Origin: an uncultured Chloroflexia bacterium
Lineage (GTDB): Bacteria > Chloroflexota > Limnocylindria > Limnocylindrales > CSP1-4
DNA: 64,000 nucleotides
NCBI GenBank assembly: GCA_963713285.1
Contig: CAVQLA010000008.1
Location: 67,733 to 131,732, forward strand
Direction: 5' to 3'
A program made the position numbers and the translations under genes. This document shows positions 1 to 9,625 of the stretch, piece by piece; position 1 is the stretch's first letter, and every line of letters starts with the position of its first letter. The notes under the pieces were generated by a model. That model worked only from the letters and a program-made list of their open reading frames with translations, did not search any database and had not been told where the DNA came from.

Positions 1-869
1 TGATCCGGTGGGTCCAGGAGCTGTCGACCGCCGAGTTCGTGACCGCAGTCCTCGGCCTTCTCATCGGCCTGTTGATGGGGCTCCTGCTGGGCTTCCCGCT
101 GGCCGGGTTCCCGCCCCCGCTCGGGACGTGGCTGCCGATTGGCGTCTCGGTGACGCTGGGGCTTGGGATGGCCGGCCTGACGGTGGCCAAGCGGCATGAC
201 CTCATCCTCGCGGCCGAGGCGATCGGGATCCTGCGGCACCGGGGCGAGGAGCCGGAGGGCGCGCGGCGAGGGGAGCCGCTCGTCGTCGTGGACACGAGCG
301 CGATCATCGACGGCCGGATCGCCGACATCGCCGAGGCCGGCTTCCTGCAGGGAACGCTGGTCGTGCCGCGGGTCGTCCTCGAGGAGCTCCAGCGGATCGC
401 CGACAGCCCCGACACGATGCGTCGAGCGCGGGGCCGGCGTGGCCTCGAGATCGTCGCGCGCCTCCAGAAGGAGGACCGGGTGCCCGTCGAGATCATCGAC
501 GACACGCTCCCCGAGATTGCCGAGGTGGACGCCAAGCTCGTCGCCATGGCGCGGGCCCGGGGCGGCGTCATCCTCACGAACGACTTCAACCTCAACCGCG
601 TCGCCGAGATCTCGGGGCTGCAGGTGATGAACGTCAACTCCCTGGCCAACGCCCTCAAGCCGGCCGTCCTGCCGGGCGAGGAGCTCCGCGTGCGGGTCAT
701 CCAGGAGGGCAAGGAGGCCGGCCAGGGCGTCGGCTTCCTGGACGACGGGACGATGATCGTCGTGGAGGGCGGGGCGCGCCTCCTCGACCGGGAGGTCGGC
801 GTCGTGGTCACGCGCGTCCTGCAGACGGTCGCGGGGCGGATGATCTTCGCCCAGCCGCGCCCCGAGTGA
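1..869 (+). CDS. PIN/TRAM-domain membrane protein (YacL-like), 5' end probably outside window
   Basis: N-terminal hydrophobic helices, PIN-like core (VVVDTSAIIDGR...LTNDFNL) and C-terminal TRAM-like beta region. Open in frame to window start. Stop overlaps ispDF start (GTGAGC at 866). The yacL-ispD-ispF-cysS order matches Bacillus. Confidence 0.6.
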   Translation, partial: IRWVQELSTAEFVTAVLGLLIGLLMGLLLGFPLAGFPPPLGTWLPIGVSVTLGLGMAGLTVAKRHDLILAAEAIGILRHRGEEPEGARRGEPLVVVDTSAIIDGRIADIAEAGFLQGTLVVPRVVLEELQRIADSPDTMRRARGRRGLEIVARLQKEDRVPVEIIDDTLPEIAEVDAKLVAMARARGGVILTNDFNLNRVAEISGLQVMNVNSLANALKPAVLPGEELRVRVIQEGKEAGQGVGFLDDGTMIVVEGGARLLDREVGVVVTRVLQTVAGRMIFAQPRPE

Positions 870-2089
870 GCGCGGTCGACGTCGTCGTCGTCGCCGGCGG
901 CGCCAGCACGCGGATGGCCGGCCTCGACAAGCTGCGGGCGCCCATCGGCGACCGCCCGCTCCTCGCGTGGACGCTCGACGCGCTGGCGGCCGTCCCGGCC
1001 GTTCGGCGGATCCTCGTGGTGACGGCCGCCGAGCGGGTGGGCGAGGTCGCCGACGCCGCGTGGCTGCCGCCGATGGTGGTCGGGGTCGTCGCCGGCGGCG
1101 CCCGGCGCCAGGACTCCGTGGCGGCCGGGGTCGTGGCGCTGGGGGAGGGAGCGCCGGACGACGTCGTCCTGGTCCACGACGGCGCACGCCCCCTCGTGTC
1201 GGCCGCGCTCGTCGAGCGGGTCGCCGCTGCCGCTGCCGAGCACGGGGCCGCCATCCCGGTCGTGCCCATCGCGGAGACCCTCAAGCGCGTCGCCGACGGG
1301 CGCATCGCCGGCACGCTGGATCGCACCGCGCTCGCCGCCGCGCAGACCCCGCAGGGCATCCGCCGCGACGTCCTCGCCCGCGCCTGGGCAGAGGTGCCGC
1401 CCGGCGGCCCCGCGACCTGGACCGACGAGGCCGCCCTGCTCGAGGCCTGTAGAATCTCGGTGCATGCGGTCCCCGGTGAGTCGACGAACCTCAAGGTGAC
1501 GCTGCCCGACGACCTTGCCCGGGTCGAGGCGGCGCTGGTCGCGCGCGGCACCCTCGCCCCGGCTCGGCCGGCCGTCCGCGTCGGCTACGGCGACGACGGC
1601 CATCCGTTCGGCCCGGGCCGCCCCCTCGCCCTCGGCGGCCTCGTCATCGCGGACGCGCCGGCGCTCCACGGCCACTCGGACGGCGACGTCGCGCTCCACG
1701 CGGTGGGCGACGCGCTCCTCGGCGCGGCAGGCCTCGGAGACCTCGGCCGCCACTTCCCGGCGGGGCCGGCGACGCCCGCGGGGATCGCCAGCCGGGAGCT
1801 GCTGGCGACCTGTGTCGCACGCGTTCGGGCCGCCGGGTACGCCCCCGTCTCGGTGGACCTGACCCTGGTCGGCGCCCGGCCACGGCTCGCCGGGCGCCTC
1901 GACGCGATGGCGGCGGCGGTGGCCGAGATCATCGGGCTCCCGGCCGACCGCGTGAACGTGAAGGCGTCCACGGGCAATCTCGCCGGGTTCGAGGGGGCGG
2001 GTCGTGGCATCAGCGCCCGCGCGGTGGCCGTGGTCGCCGCGGCACCCGCCGTCCCCGCCGCGCCACCCGCCCCGGGAGCCCCGGCATGA
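866..2089 (+). CDS. ispDF: bifunctional 2-C-methyl-D-erythritol 4-phosphate cytidylyltransferase / MEcPP synthase (IspD-IspF fusion)
   Basis: N-terminal half has IspD motifs (VVVAGGASTRM, VLVHDGARP). C-terminal half has IspF motifs (GYGDDGHPF, HGHSDGDVALHA). Pro/Ala-rich tail at the C-terminus. Confidence 0.85.
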   Translation: MSAVDVVVVAGGASTRMAGLDKLRAPIGDRPLLAWTLDALAAVPAVRRILVVTAAERVGEVADAAWLPPMVVGVVAGGARRQDSVAAGVVALGEGAPDDVVLVHDGARPLVSAALVERVAAAAAEHGAAIPVVPIAETLKRVADGRIAGTLDRTALAAAQTPQGIRRDVLARAWAEVPPGGPATWTDEAALLEACRISVHAVPGESTNLKVTLPDDLARVEAALVARGTLAPARPAVRVGYGDDGHPFGPGRPLALGGLVIADAPALHGHSDGDVALHAVGDALLGAAGLGDLGRHFPAGPATPAGIASRELLATCVARVRAAGYAPVSVDLTLVGARPRLAGRLDAMAAAVAEIIGLPADRVNVKASTGNLAGFEGAGRGISARAVAVVAAAPAVPAAPPAPGAPA

Positions 2090-3498
2090 CGATCCGCCTC
2101 CACGACACGCTGCGCGGCGCGGTCGAAGCCCTCGAGCCGCTCGAGGCCGGCCACGTGCGCGTCTACTCCTGCGGCCCGACCGTCTACGGGCCGGCTCACG
2201 TCGGCAACTTCCGCTCGTTCCTCTTCGCCGACCTGCTCGTCCGGCACCTGCGCTGGCGCGGCCTGCGGGTCACCTGGGTGATGAACCTGACCGACGTGGA
2301 CGACAAGATCATCCGTGGCGCCGCAGAGGAGGGGATCGGCATCGACGCCCTTGCCGACCGGTGGATCGCCCGGTTCCTGGAGGACGCCCGGACGCTTCGC
2401 ATGACCCGCCCCGACGTGCTGCCGCGTGCCACGGAGCACATCCCGGAGATGGTCGCCCTCGTCGAGCGCCTCCTCGAGGCCGGGCATGCCTACCGCACCG
2501 ACGACGGCTCGATCTTCTTCCGGATCTCCAGCTGGCCCGCCTACGGACGGCTCGCCCGGCTGGATCCCGGGCGGCTGCGCGTCGGGGAGCGCGTTGCCGC
2601 GGACGAGTACTCGAAGGACGATGTTCGCGACTTCGTCCTGTGGAAGGCGCCCAAGGACGGCGAGCCGAGCTGGGAGACGGCGATCGGGCCGGGGCGTCCG
2701 GGCTGGCACCTGGAGTGCTCCGCGATGTCGATGCGCTACCTCGGTGAGACCTTCGACATCCACACCGGCGGCGTCGACCTGGTCTTCCCGCACCACGAGG
2801 ACGAGATCGCCCAGTCGGAGGCGGCGACCGGCACGCCGTTCGTGGGGACGTGGCTCCACTGCGCCCACCTCCAGATGGGCGGCCGCAAGATGGCCAAGTC
2901 GGACGGGAACATCGCCCGCGTCACGGAGCTCGTGGCGGACGGCGTCTCGCCGCGGGCCCTGCGGTACGCGCTCCTGGCGGCTCACTACCGGACCGGCCTC
3001 AACTTCAGCGACGAGTCGCTTGCGGCGGCCGGGGCGGCCGTGGAGCGGCTCGACGCGCTGGTCGGCGCGCTGGAGGCCTACCGGTCGGACGGGCTCGACG
3101 ACGCGGCACTCCCCGGTGTCCTGGCGGCCGCCAGGGATGCCTTCGGCGCGGCGCTCGACGACGACCTCGCGGTCTCGCCCGCCCTGGCCGCCCTCTTCGA
3201 CCTCGTCCGCGACCTCAATCGCCGGATCGCAGAGCGGACGCTCTCGACGGCAGATGCCGCGCGGGCCCTCGCCGCGGTGCGCGACCTCGACGAGGTGCTC
3301 GGGGTGCTCCCAGATCCGGTCGATGCGCTGCCCGCCGAGCTTGCCGCGCTCCTGGAGGCGCGCGCCGCGGCCCGTGCCGCGCGCGATTGGGCGGCCTCAG
3401 ATCGCCTCCGTGACGAGCTGGCCGCCGCCGGCGTGCTGGTCGAGGACACGCGTGACGGCCAGCGCTGGCGGCGGGCGGGGGGTGGGGCCGGTGCCTGA
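2086..3498 (+). CDS. cysS: cysteine--tRNA ligase
   Basis: HIGH-type motif (PAHVGN), KMSKS variant (KMAKS), and class I CysS architecture. ATG overlaps the ispDF stop. Confidence 0.9.
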   Translation: MTIRLHDTLRGAVEALEPLEAGHVRVYSCGPTVYGPAHVGNFRSFLFADLLVRHLRWRGLRVTWVMNLTDVDDKIIRGAAEEGIGIDALADRWIARFLEDARTLRMTRPDVLPRATEHIPEMVALVERLLEAGHAYRTDDGSIFFRISSWPAYGRLARLDPGRLRVGERVAADEYSKDDVRDFVLWKAPKDGEPSWETAIGPGRPGWHLECSAMSMRYLGETFDIHTGGVDLVFPHHEDEIAQSEAATGTPFVGTWLHCAHLQMGGRKMAKSDGNIARVTELVADGVSPRALRYALLAAHYRTGLNFSDESLAAAGAAVERLDALVGALEAYRSDGLDDAALPGVLAAARDAFGAALDDDLAVSPALAALFDLVRDLNRRIAERTLSTADAARALAAVRDLDEVLGVLPDPVDALPAELAALLEARAAARAARDWAASDRLRDELAAAGVLVEDTRDGQRWRRAGGGAGA

Positions 3499-5239
3499 CG
3501 GCCCGCCTCCGCCGCGTCGGCGGCGGGATGACGACCGCGATCCTCGCGGCCAGCGCCCCGGCGGCCCGGGCGGCCAGCGCCCAAACGGACAGGGCGGCCA
3601 GCGCCCAAACGGACAGGGCGGCCAGCGCCCAAGCGGCCCCGGGGGCCAGCGCCCCGGCGGCGCGCCCGGCCCCCGGGGCCGTGCTCCGGGATCGCGAGGT
3701 CCGGCCGCGCGTGCCCCCGGCCCGACGTCGGGCCGTGCGGGCTCGTGGGACACGCACGGCGCCGGCCCCCGCCGTGGGGCGGACGCCGGCTCCCGTCCGC
3801 CGGGGCAACCCCTGAAGGGACACCGCCCGCCGGGTGCCCGGCCGCCGGGTTCCCGTCATCCCGGCGCGCGTCCGCCGGGGTTCCGTCCGACATCGCGCGG
3901 CGCGTGGCCCGGCGGCGGCGCGTGGTCCGGCGGCGGCGCGTGGCCCGGCGAGAGCCGCACGGGTGAGCCGGGGCCCGGGACGTTCCGGCCGCCCGGTCCG
4001 CACCCGGCGCACCGGGGTTCCCATCCCGGCACGCCACGCCAGCGCTACCGCCCGCCCGTCGGCCCGCCGCCCACCCGCCCGGGCATGCGCATGGGCTCGG
4101 GCTGGGCCCCCGACCGCGACGAGGTCCCGCCGTCCCACCCCACCGAGGTGCACCGGCAGGGCCCCGGTCCGGCCGACCACGCCCCGCGGCAGGGACCGCC
4201 CCGGGGGATGCCGCCCGATCGGCGCCGGGGTCCATACCCGGGCCGGGCCCCCGTGCCGGGTCCACGGGTGTGGGGGCACACGACCCCTGCCGCCCCGGCC
4301 GCCGCCCTGCCGCCCGAGGCGGTGCTGGCCGACGGGGAGGAGATCGTGGCCGGCCGCCACCCGGTGGAGGAGGCGTTCGTGGCCGGCCGTCCGGCCCTTC
4401 GGCTCCTGGTCACTCCCGGTCGCCGAGACGCCCTCGAACGCCTCGTGCTCCACGCCACGACGTTGCGGATCCCCGTCGTCGAGATCGAGGGCGGCTCCCT
4501 GACGGCCGTCACGGGCTTCGACGGCCACCAGGGCGTCGCCCTCGTCGTGACCGCGCGACCGGCGGCCGGGATGGCCGACATCCTCGCCCGGGCGATCGAG
4601 CGCCACGAGCCGGCCCTCGTCCTCGCCCTCGACTCGCTGGAGGATCCGCAGAACGTCGGGACGCTGCTGCGCAGCGCGGAGGCGGCGGGCGTGCACGGCG
4701 TCGTCTTCCCCACGCGCCGCCAGGCGCCGCTCTCCGCGGCGGCGATCAAGGCATCGGCCGGCGCCACCGAGCATCTGCTCCTGGCCCAGGTCGACGACCT
4801 GCCGGGAACGCTGGCGGACCTCCACGTGCGGGGCCTCCGGATCGTCGGGACGGACGCGGAGGCGTCGCTCACCTACCGCGAGGCGGATCTCCAGGGCCCG
4901 CTGGTGCTCGTCGTGGGCAGCGAGGGGAGGGGGCTCGCCCCGGCAATCCGCCGGCGCTGCGACCTGCTCGTCCGGATCCCGATGCGGGGGCGGATCGAGT
5001 CGCTCAACGCGGCCGTCGCTGGCTCGGTGCTGGTCTTCGAGGCGGCCGCCCAGCGGGGGCTTCCGGAACGGCCCGGCGGGCCCGCGCGAATGCGGGCCGT
5101 GGAGCCCGCGCCGGGGCAGCCTGCCGAGCTCCAGCCCGCCCTCGAGCCGACCGACCTCGACCCCGGGGCGGGACCACCGGCGGAGGTCGGTCCCCACCCG
5201 CAGGACCCCGGCGAGGACGGCGAGATCGAGCGCGCTTGA
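3491..5239 (+). CDS. rlmB: TrmH/SpoU-family 23S rRNA 2'-O-methyltransferase (RlmB-like) with long Arg/Gly/Pro-rich low-complexity N-terminal region; start uncertain (alternative ATG at 4208)
   Basis: C-terminal 340 aa is a clear SpoU methylase (EIVAGRHPVEEA..., LDSLEDPQNVGTLLRSAEAAGV, ESLNAAVAGSV). The frame is open from GTG 3491, which overlaps the cysS stop. No convincing RBS is seen at ATG 4208. Confidence 0.55.
   Translation: MPDGPPPPRRRRDDDRDPRGQRPGGPGGQRPNGQGGQRPNGQGGQRPSGPGGQRPGGAPGPRGRAPGSRGPAARAPGPTSGRAGSWDTHGAGPRRGADAGSRPPGQPLKGHRPPGARPPGSRHPGARPPGFRPTSRGAWPGGGAWSGGGAWPGESRTGEPGPGTFRPPGPHPAHRGSHPGTPRQRYRPPVGPPPTRPGMRMGSGWAPDRDEVPPSHPTEVHRQGPGPADHAPRQGPPRGMPPDRRRGPYPGRAPVPGPRVWGHTTPAAPAAALPPEAVLADGEEIVAGRHPVEEAFVAGRPALRLLVTPGRRDALERLVLHATTLRIPVVEIEGGSLTAVTGFDGHQGVALVVTARPAAGMADILARAIERHEPALVLALDSLEDPQNVGTLLRSAEAAGVHGVVFPTRRQAPLSAAAIKASAGATEHLLLAQVDDLPGTLADLHVRGLRIVGTDAEASLTYREADLQGPLVLVVGSEGRGLAPAIRRRCDLLVRIPMRGRIESLNAAVAGSVLVFEAAAQRGLPERPGGPARMRAVEPAPGQPAELQPALEPTDLDPGAGPPAEVGPHPQDPGEDGEIERA
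3548..3650. repeat. about 3.5 tandem copies of a 24-nt unit (ggccagcgcccaaacggacagggc) inside the rlmB low-complexity region
   Basis: Direct read of sequence. Encodes GQRPNGQG-type repeats in frame. Confidence 0.8.
3895..3950. repeat. 3 tandem copies of an 18-nt unit (cgtggYccggcggcggcg) inside the rlmB low-complexity region
   Basis: Direct read. Encodes GGGAW(P/S) repeats in frame. Confidence 0.75.
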
Positions 5240-5265
5240 CCGTGGTCCGCCTGCCCGAATATGAT
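5236..5265 (+). promoter_or_regulatory. sigma-70-type promoter (TTGACC-N18-TATGAT) for the tRNA-tuf-rpmG-secE-nusG transcription unit
   Basis: Near-consensus -35 and -10 hexamers with an 18-nt spacer. The -35 overlaps the rlmB stop codon. The first tRNA starts about 40 nt downstream. Confidence 0.55.
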
Positions 5266-5308
5266 GGCCGTTGCGCCTCGGAGACGACTGCGGTGTTCTC
5301 CTGCGCCC

Positions 5309-5384
5309 GCCGACGTAGCTCAATTGGCAGAGCAGCGGTTTTGTAAACCGCCGGTTCCGGGTTCGAGTCCCGTCGTCGGCTCCA
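5309..5384 (+). tRNA. tRNA-Thr (anticodon TGT), CCA encoded
   Basis: Cloverleaf: acceptor GCCGACG/CGTCGGC, anticodon stem GCGGT/ACCGC, loop TTTGTAA, T-loop TTCGAGT. Confidence 0.9.
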
Positions 5385-5450
5385 ACTGAACAACGTCACC
5401 GCCCGGGCGCCACCACGGTGCCGCAGCCACGCCCGGTCGTTCGTCTCCGT

Positions 5451-5535
5451 GGGTAGGTTGAGCAGGTGGTGAGCTCAGCTGACTGTAAATCAGCCGTCTT
5501 CGACTGTAGAGGTTCAATTCCTCTCCTGCCCACCA
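5451..5535 (+). tRNA. tRNA-Tyr (anticodon GTA), long variable arm, CCA encoded
   Basis: Acceptor GGGTAGG/CCTGCCC (one G-U pair), anticodon loop CTGTAAA, long extra arm, T-loop TTCAATT. Confidence 0.85.
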
Positions 5536-5557
5536 CCATCAATCCCGGCACCCTCGG

Positions 5558-5633
5558 GCCCAGATAGCTCAGCTGGCAGAGCACATCCTTGGTAAGGATG
5601 AGGTCATGGGTTCAAGTCCCATTCTGGGCTCCA
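5558..5633 (+). tRNA. tRNA-Thr (anticodon GGT), CCA encoded
   Basis: Acceptor GCCCAGA/TCTGGGC, anticodon stem CATCC/GGATG, loop TTGGTAA, T-loop TTCAAGT. Confidence 0.9.
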
Positions 5634-5673
5634 CCACCCCAGTCGGCCCCCCACATAGCAGGTAGACGCGCAC

Positions 5674-6870
<1,197 letters not shown>

Positions 6871-6877
6871 GGACGAG

Positions 6878-7045
6878 ATGGCCAAAGCCGCCGAGAACCG
6901 CCCGATCGTCCAGCTCGCCTGCACCGAGTGCAAGACGCGGACGTACACGACCCGCAAGAACAAGCGGAATGATCCGAACCGGATCGAGCTCCGGAAGTAT
7001 TGTCCGCGTGAACGTCGCCATACCCTGCATCGTGAGGCGAAGTAG
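6878..7045 (+). CDS. rpmG: 50S ribosomal protein L33 (55 aa)
   Basis: Not in the ORF track because it is under 60 aa. [33 protein letters not shown]...[14 protein letters not shown] matches L33. RBS GGGACGAG upstream. Confidence 0.85.
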   Translation: MAKAAENRPIVQLACTECKTRTYTTRKNKRNDPNRIELRKYCPRERRHTLHREAK

Positions 7046-7057
7046 GGAGCGATCCAC

Positions 7058-7133
7058 AGGGGTGTAGCTCAATTGGCAGAGCACCGGTCTCCAAAACCGG
7101 CGGTTGTAGGTTCGAGTCCTATCGCCCCTGCCA
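7058..7133 (+). tRNA. tRNA-Trp (anticodon CCA), CCA encoded
   Basis: Acceptor AGGGGTG/CGCCCCT, anticodon stem CCGGT/ACCGG, loop CTCCAAA. Confidence 0.9.
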
Positions 7134-7168
7134 CTCCTCCTCGTAGCTAGAGAGCAAGTAGCCGAACC

Positions 7169-7357
7169 GTGCGTCGCCTCCGTCGCTATCTCCAGGAATC
7201 CTGGTCCGAGCTCAAGAAGGTCGCCTGGCCCACGCGGGACCAGGTCCGCAACCTGACGGTGCTCGTCTTCGTCGTGAGCGCCGCGATCGGCGTCTTCATC
7301 TCCTTCTGGGATCTCGTCTTCACCGAGGTCGTCCGGCTCATCACGCCGACGGCGTAG
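7169..7357 (+). CDS. secE: preprotein translocase subunit SecE
   Basis: 62 aa with a single TM helix. KKVAWPTRDQV motif. Position between tRNA-Trp and nusG. Confidence 0.85.
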   Translation: MRRLRRYLQESWSELKKVAWPTRDQVRNLTVLVFVVSAAIGVFISFWDLVFTEVVRLITPTA

Positions 7358-7363
7358 GGGACG

Positions 7364-7930
7364 ATGATGACCGAGAGCGTCCGCGCGCCCGAGAAGCGCT
7401 GGTACGTGATCCACACGTACTCCGGTTACGAGAACAAGGTCAAGGCCAACCTCGAGCACCGCATCGAATCGATGGGCATGGAGGACAAGATCTTCCAGGT
7501 CCTCGTTCCGATGGAGGACGAGATCGAGATCAAGCAGGGCCAGCGGCACACCGTCCAGAAGAAGGTGTTCCCGGGCTACGTGCTCGTCGAGATGATCTAC
7601 GACCCCGAGTCGTGGTACGTCGTCCGGAACACCCCGGGCGTGACGAGCTTCGTCGGCACGGGCAACCTTCCCGGCGCCCGCAGCGAGCCGATCCCGCTGG
7701 AGGAGCACGAGGTCAAGTCGATCCTCCGCCAGATGGGCGTGGAGACCCCGAAGTATCGCGTCGCGTTCACGAAGGGCCAGAGCGTCCGTGTCACCGACGG
7801 GCCGTTCGCCGAGTTCGTCGGCACGGTCGACGAGGTCGATCCCGAGCGCAACAAGGTCAAGGTCCTCGTGAGCATCTTCGGCCGCGAGACGCCCGTCGAG
7901 CTCGACCTCCTGCAGGTCGAGAAGCTCTGA
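7364..7930 (+). CDS. nusG: transcription termination/antitermination factor NusG
   Basis: NGN domain ([15 protein letters not shown]) plus KOW ([18 protein letters not shown]). Confidence 0.9.
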   Translation: MMTESVRAPEKRWYVIHTYSGYENKVKANLEHRIESMGMEDKIFQVLVPMEDEIEIKQGQRHTVQKKVFPGYVLVEMIYDPESWYVVRNTPGVTSFVGTGNLPGARSEPIPLEEHEVKSILRQMGVETPKYRVAFTKGQSVRVTDGPFAEFVGTVDEVDPERNKVKVLVSIFGRETPVELDLLQVEKL

Positions 7931-7952
7931 GCGAAAGGAACCCAACCCCACC

Positions 7953-8378
7953 GTGGCCAAGAAGATCCGAATCGTCCTGACCCTGCAGCTGCCTGCCGGC
8001 AAGGCAACCCCGGCGCCGCCCGTCGGTACGGCGCTCGGCCCGCACGGCATCAACATCGTGGAGTTCACGAAGTCCTACAACGAGAAGACCGCCGACAAGG
8101 CCGGCCAGATCATCCCGGCCCAGATCACGATCTTCGAGGATCGCTCGTTCACGTTCATCCTCAAGACCCCGCCCGCCGCCGACCTCCTGCGCAAGGCCGC
8201 CGGCGTCGACAAGGGCTCGTCGATGACGGGTCGCGAGCAGGCCGGCACCATCACGCGCGACCAGCTCCGCGAGATCGCGACGATCAAGCTCGCCGACCTC
8301 AACGCCAACGACATCGAGGCCGCCATGCGCCAGGTCGAGGGCACCGCTCGCAGCATGGGCATCGAGGTCGCCGGGTGA
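7953..8378 (+). CDS. rplK: 50S ribosomal protein L11
   Basis: [22 protein letters not shown] motif. Confidence 0.95.
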   Translation: MAKKIRIVLTLQLPAGKATPAPPVGTALGPHGINIVEFTKSYNEKTADKAGQIIPAQITIFEDRSFTFILKTPPAADLLRKAAGVDKGSSMTGREQAGTITRDQLREIATIKLADLNANDIEAAMRQVEGTARSMGIEVAG

Positions 8379-8423
8379 CCCCGGCGCCCGAGGTCGCCGG
8401 GTGACCCCGGCGCCCGAGGTCGC
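8364..8423. repeat. 2.3 tandem copies of a 26-nt unit (gaggtcgccgggtgaccccggcgccc) that includes the last codons and the stop of rplK
   Basis: Direct read. Copy 1 is 8364-8389, copy 2 is 8390-8415, and a partial copy 3 is 8416-8423. Confidence 0.85.
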
Positions 8424-8548
8424 AGGCTAGGGCTGCGACCGGGGTCGCAGGCTAGGCCTGCAACCGCGTCACCTCCGGCCACTCGGCCGGACGGCGACCC
8501 CACGAGACGGGGGAGGCCGGAACGCCGGCCGCCAGCGAGGATCCCGAC
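8379..8548 (+). promoter_or_regulatory. rplK-rplA intergenic leader with repeats and mutually exclusive hairpins (candidate L1 autoregulatory leader)
   Basis: GTCGCAG(8420-8426)/CTGCGAC(8433-8439)/GTCGCAG(8445-8451) allow alternative pairings. Position upstream of rplA. Function inferred only. Confidence 0.3.
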
Positions 8549-9256
8549 ATGGCCAAGCACGGCAAGAAGTACACGGAAGCCGCCAAGCTCGTCGACCGGA
8601 CGAAGGCCTACGCGCCGGCCGAGGCAGCTGCGCTCGTCAAGCAGACCGCGGTGGTCAGCTTCGATCCCTCCGTCGAGGCCCACATCCGCCTCGGCGTCGA
8701 TCCCCGGCATGCGGACCAGATGGTCCGCGGCACCGTCGTCCTCCCGCACGGGACGGGCAAGATCGTGCGCGTGGCCGTCTTCGCCCAGGGCGAGAAGGCC
8801 CAGGAAGCCCTGCGCGCCGGCGCGGACGAGGTCGGCGGCGAGGACCTGGTCAAGAAGATCGAGGGCGGCTGGCTCGAGTTCGACGTCGCGGTCGCGACCC
8901 CGGACATGATGGGCATGGTCGGCAAGCTCGGCAGGATCCTCGGCCGGCGCGGCCTCATGCCGAACCCCAAGGCCGGGACCGTGACCTTCGACATCGAGCG
9001 GGCTATCGGCGAGGTCAAGGCCGGGCGCGTCGAGTTCAAGGTCGACAAGGGAGCCATCCTTCACGTCCCCGTCGGCAAGGCGAGCTTCTCCGAGGAGGCG
9101 ATCGCCGCCAACCTGGCCGCCCTGCTCGACGCCGTCAACCGGGCCAGGCCGTCCGGGGCGAAGGGCACCTACCTCAAGGGCGTGACCATCGCGAGCACGA
9201 TGGGCCCGGGCATCCGCGTGGACCTCCCGGCGCTCCTGGCGGCCGCCGCCGCCTGA
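8549..9256 (+). CDS. rplA: 50S ribosomal protein L1
   Basis: L1 family ([12 protein letters not shown]..., [11 protein letters not shown]). Confidence 0.95.
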   Translation: MAKHGKKYTEAAKLVDRTKAYAPAEAAALVKQTAVVSFDPSVEAHIRLGVDPRHADQMVRGTVVLPHGTGKIVRVAVFAQGEKAQEALRAGADEVGGEDLVKKIEGGWLEFDVAVATPDMMGMVGKLGRILGRRGLMPNPKAGTVTFDIERAIGEVKAGRVEFKVDKGAILHVPVGKASFSEEAIAANLAALLDAVNRARPSGAKGTYLKGVTIASTMGPGIRVDLPALLAAAAA

Positions 9257-9625
9257 CCGATGCTGCCCGGCGCAGGCGCTCCGGGCGACGATCGGCTACC
9301 ATCCCGCAGCGCGACCCGCCGCCCGGCGCGTCGCACCAGATCGAAGACGGACCGCCGCAGACAGCCTGCGCCCGCGGGCCGCCTCGCCGGTGCCCCGCAC
9401 GGGCCCGGCGCGACGGCCGGGGCTTGATCCGCCGGACCGGACCGCCGCCCGTGGGAACGAGTCGCGGGGACGCCGACGAGCACGCCGAGGCAGGACCACG
9501 ACCGATCCCCCTCCCCGGGGAGGATCCGCGCGGACCCTGCAAGACGCGAGGGAGACACCGTCTGGCAGGGGCCCCGCCCGGCGGGTCCACCGGCGCGCCG
9601 GACGCGCGTGACACGAGAGGGTTGC
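9257..9625 (+). promoter_or_regulatory. 369-nt structured leader upstream of rplJ (candidate L10(L12)4 autoregulatory leader)
   Basis: Long GC-rich non-coding spacer with several palindromes (e.g. CCTCCCCGGGGAGG). Analogous position to the L10 leader of E. coli and Gram-positives. Confidence 0.35.

Noticed and set aside
967-1452. Arg-rich + ORFs overlapping ispDF (967..1452, 1515..1862, 2004..2747, 2850..3413 and others)
   Set aside because: Alternate frames of ispDF and cysS. Poly-Arg/Gly/Pro nonsense typical of frame-shifted high-GC coding DNA.
3548-3950. Tandem repeats considered as a possible CRISPR array
   Set aside because: Units are contiguous with no unique spacers, lie in-frame in coding low-complexity sequence, and no cas genes are nearby. 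This is not a CRISPR.
2426-5239. 937-aa + ORF starting inside cysS
   Set aside because: Only the part downstream of the cysS stop can be real (rlmB). The upstream 1 kb is the alternate frame of cysS.
3078-5323. Minus-strand ORFs 3078..4265 and 3215..5323, plus 3528..3815 and 3834..4502 on +
   Set aside because: They lie in the Arg/Gly/Pro-rich repeat region, where all six frames are open and low-complexity. No independent evidence for any of them.
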